A stretch of 64,000 nucleotides of DNA from Caecitellus pseudoparvulus (taxonomy: Eukaryota; Protista; Bigyra: Bicosoecida), in NCBI GenBank assembly GCA_965644315.1, contig CBFFRQ010000214.1, forward strand, positions 1 through 64,000. Reading direction: 5' to 3'. The letters are not shown here. The text below holds more notes on this DNA, generated by a model. The model did no database searches. It was not told where the DNA came from and was given only the letters and a program-made list of their open reading frames with translations. Positions within the stretch are counted from its first letter, which is position 1.

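Larger units (their letters stand above)
42738..63552. repeat. ~3.5 tandem mosaic macro-repeats of ~5.9-6.0 kb (about 1,970-2,000 aa)
   Basis: The block encoding GGGVSVRSGAGDTSGSVLV begins at 63552, 57633, 51705 and 45703 (periods 5919, 5928, 6002). Shared blocks are nearly identical, with alternative cassettes between them. Confidence 0.95.

Noticed and set aside
34370-63529. Numerous 60-460-aa ORFs on both strands in the unique and macro-repeat zones
   Set aside because: All overlap the giant frame as antisense or out-of-frame shadows and have no recognisable motifs.
42738-63552. PE-PGRS, ice-nucleation protein, RTX or collagen assignment for the Gly-rich repeats
   Set aside because: The GGxGGx, AGYGSTxT, GGxGxDxLx and Gly-X-Y signatures are not the dominant pattern; the repeat is a different 13-17-aa strand-turn motif.
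406-63932. Operon of four separate genes
   Set aside because: The called starts are internal GTG or Met codons and the ends are frameshifted tails. Paralogous copies read straight through the same positions.

Overview
The whole 64-kb window reads as one internal piece of a giant minus-strand coding sequence (>21,000 codons). It is open at both edges and I see no intergenic or intron-like sequence. Five single-base indels at four sites split it into the ORF-track fragments, and all look like consensus errors when compared with paralogous repeat copies. The protein is a Gly/Ser/Ala/Thr/Val-rich chain of 13-17-aa 'beta-strand + Gly turn' repeats. In the N-to-C direction there are three zones. 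(1) About 3.5 mosaic ~5.9-6.0-kb macro-repeats (63.55-42.74 kb), each carrying one Peptidase_S74/intramolecular-chaperone (ICA)-like domain: two degenerate copies, then two copies with an intact S-D-R-R-I-K Ser/Lys motif resembling the MYRF ICA domain. (2) An 8.6-kb non-duplicated, lower-GC beta-repeat zone. (3) A >34-kb near-perfect tandem array of ~78 units of 459/369 bp (153/123 aa) with two un-homogenised relic islands. The candidate novel system is a giant, probably eukaryotic, self-chaperoning and possibly self-cleaving beta-helical fibre polyprotein with internal, periodically spaced S74 domains; this is inference. No RNA genes, CRISPR arrays or mobile elements were seen.
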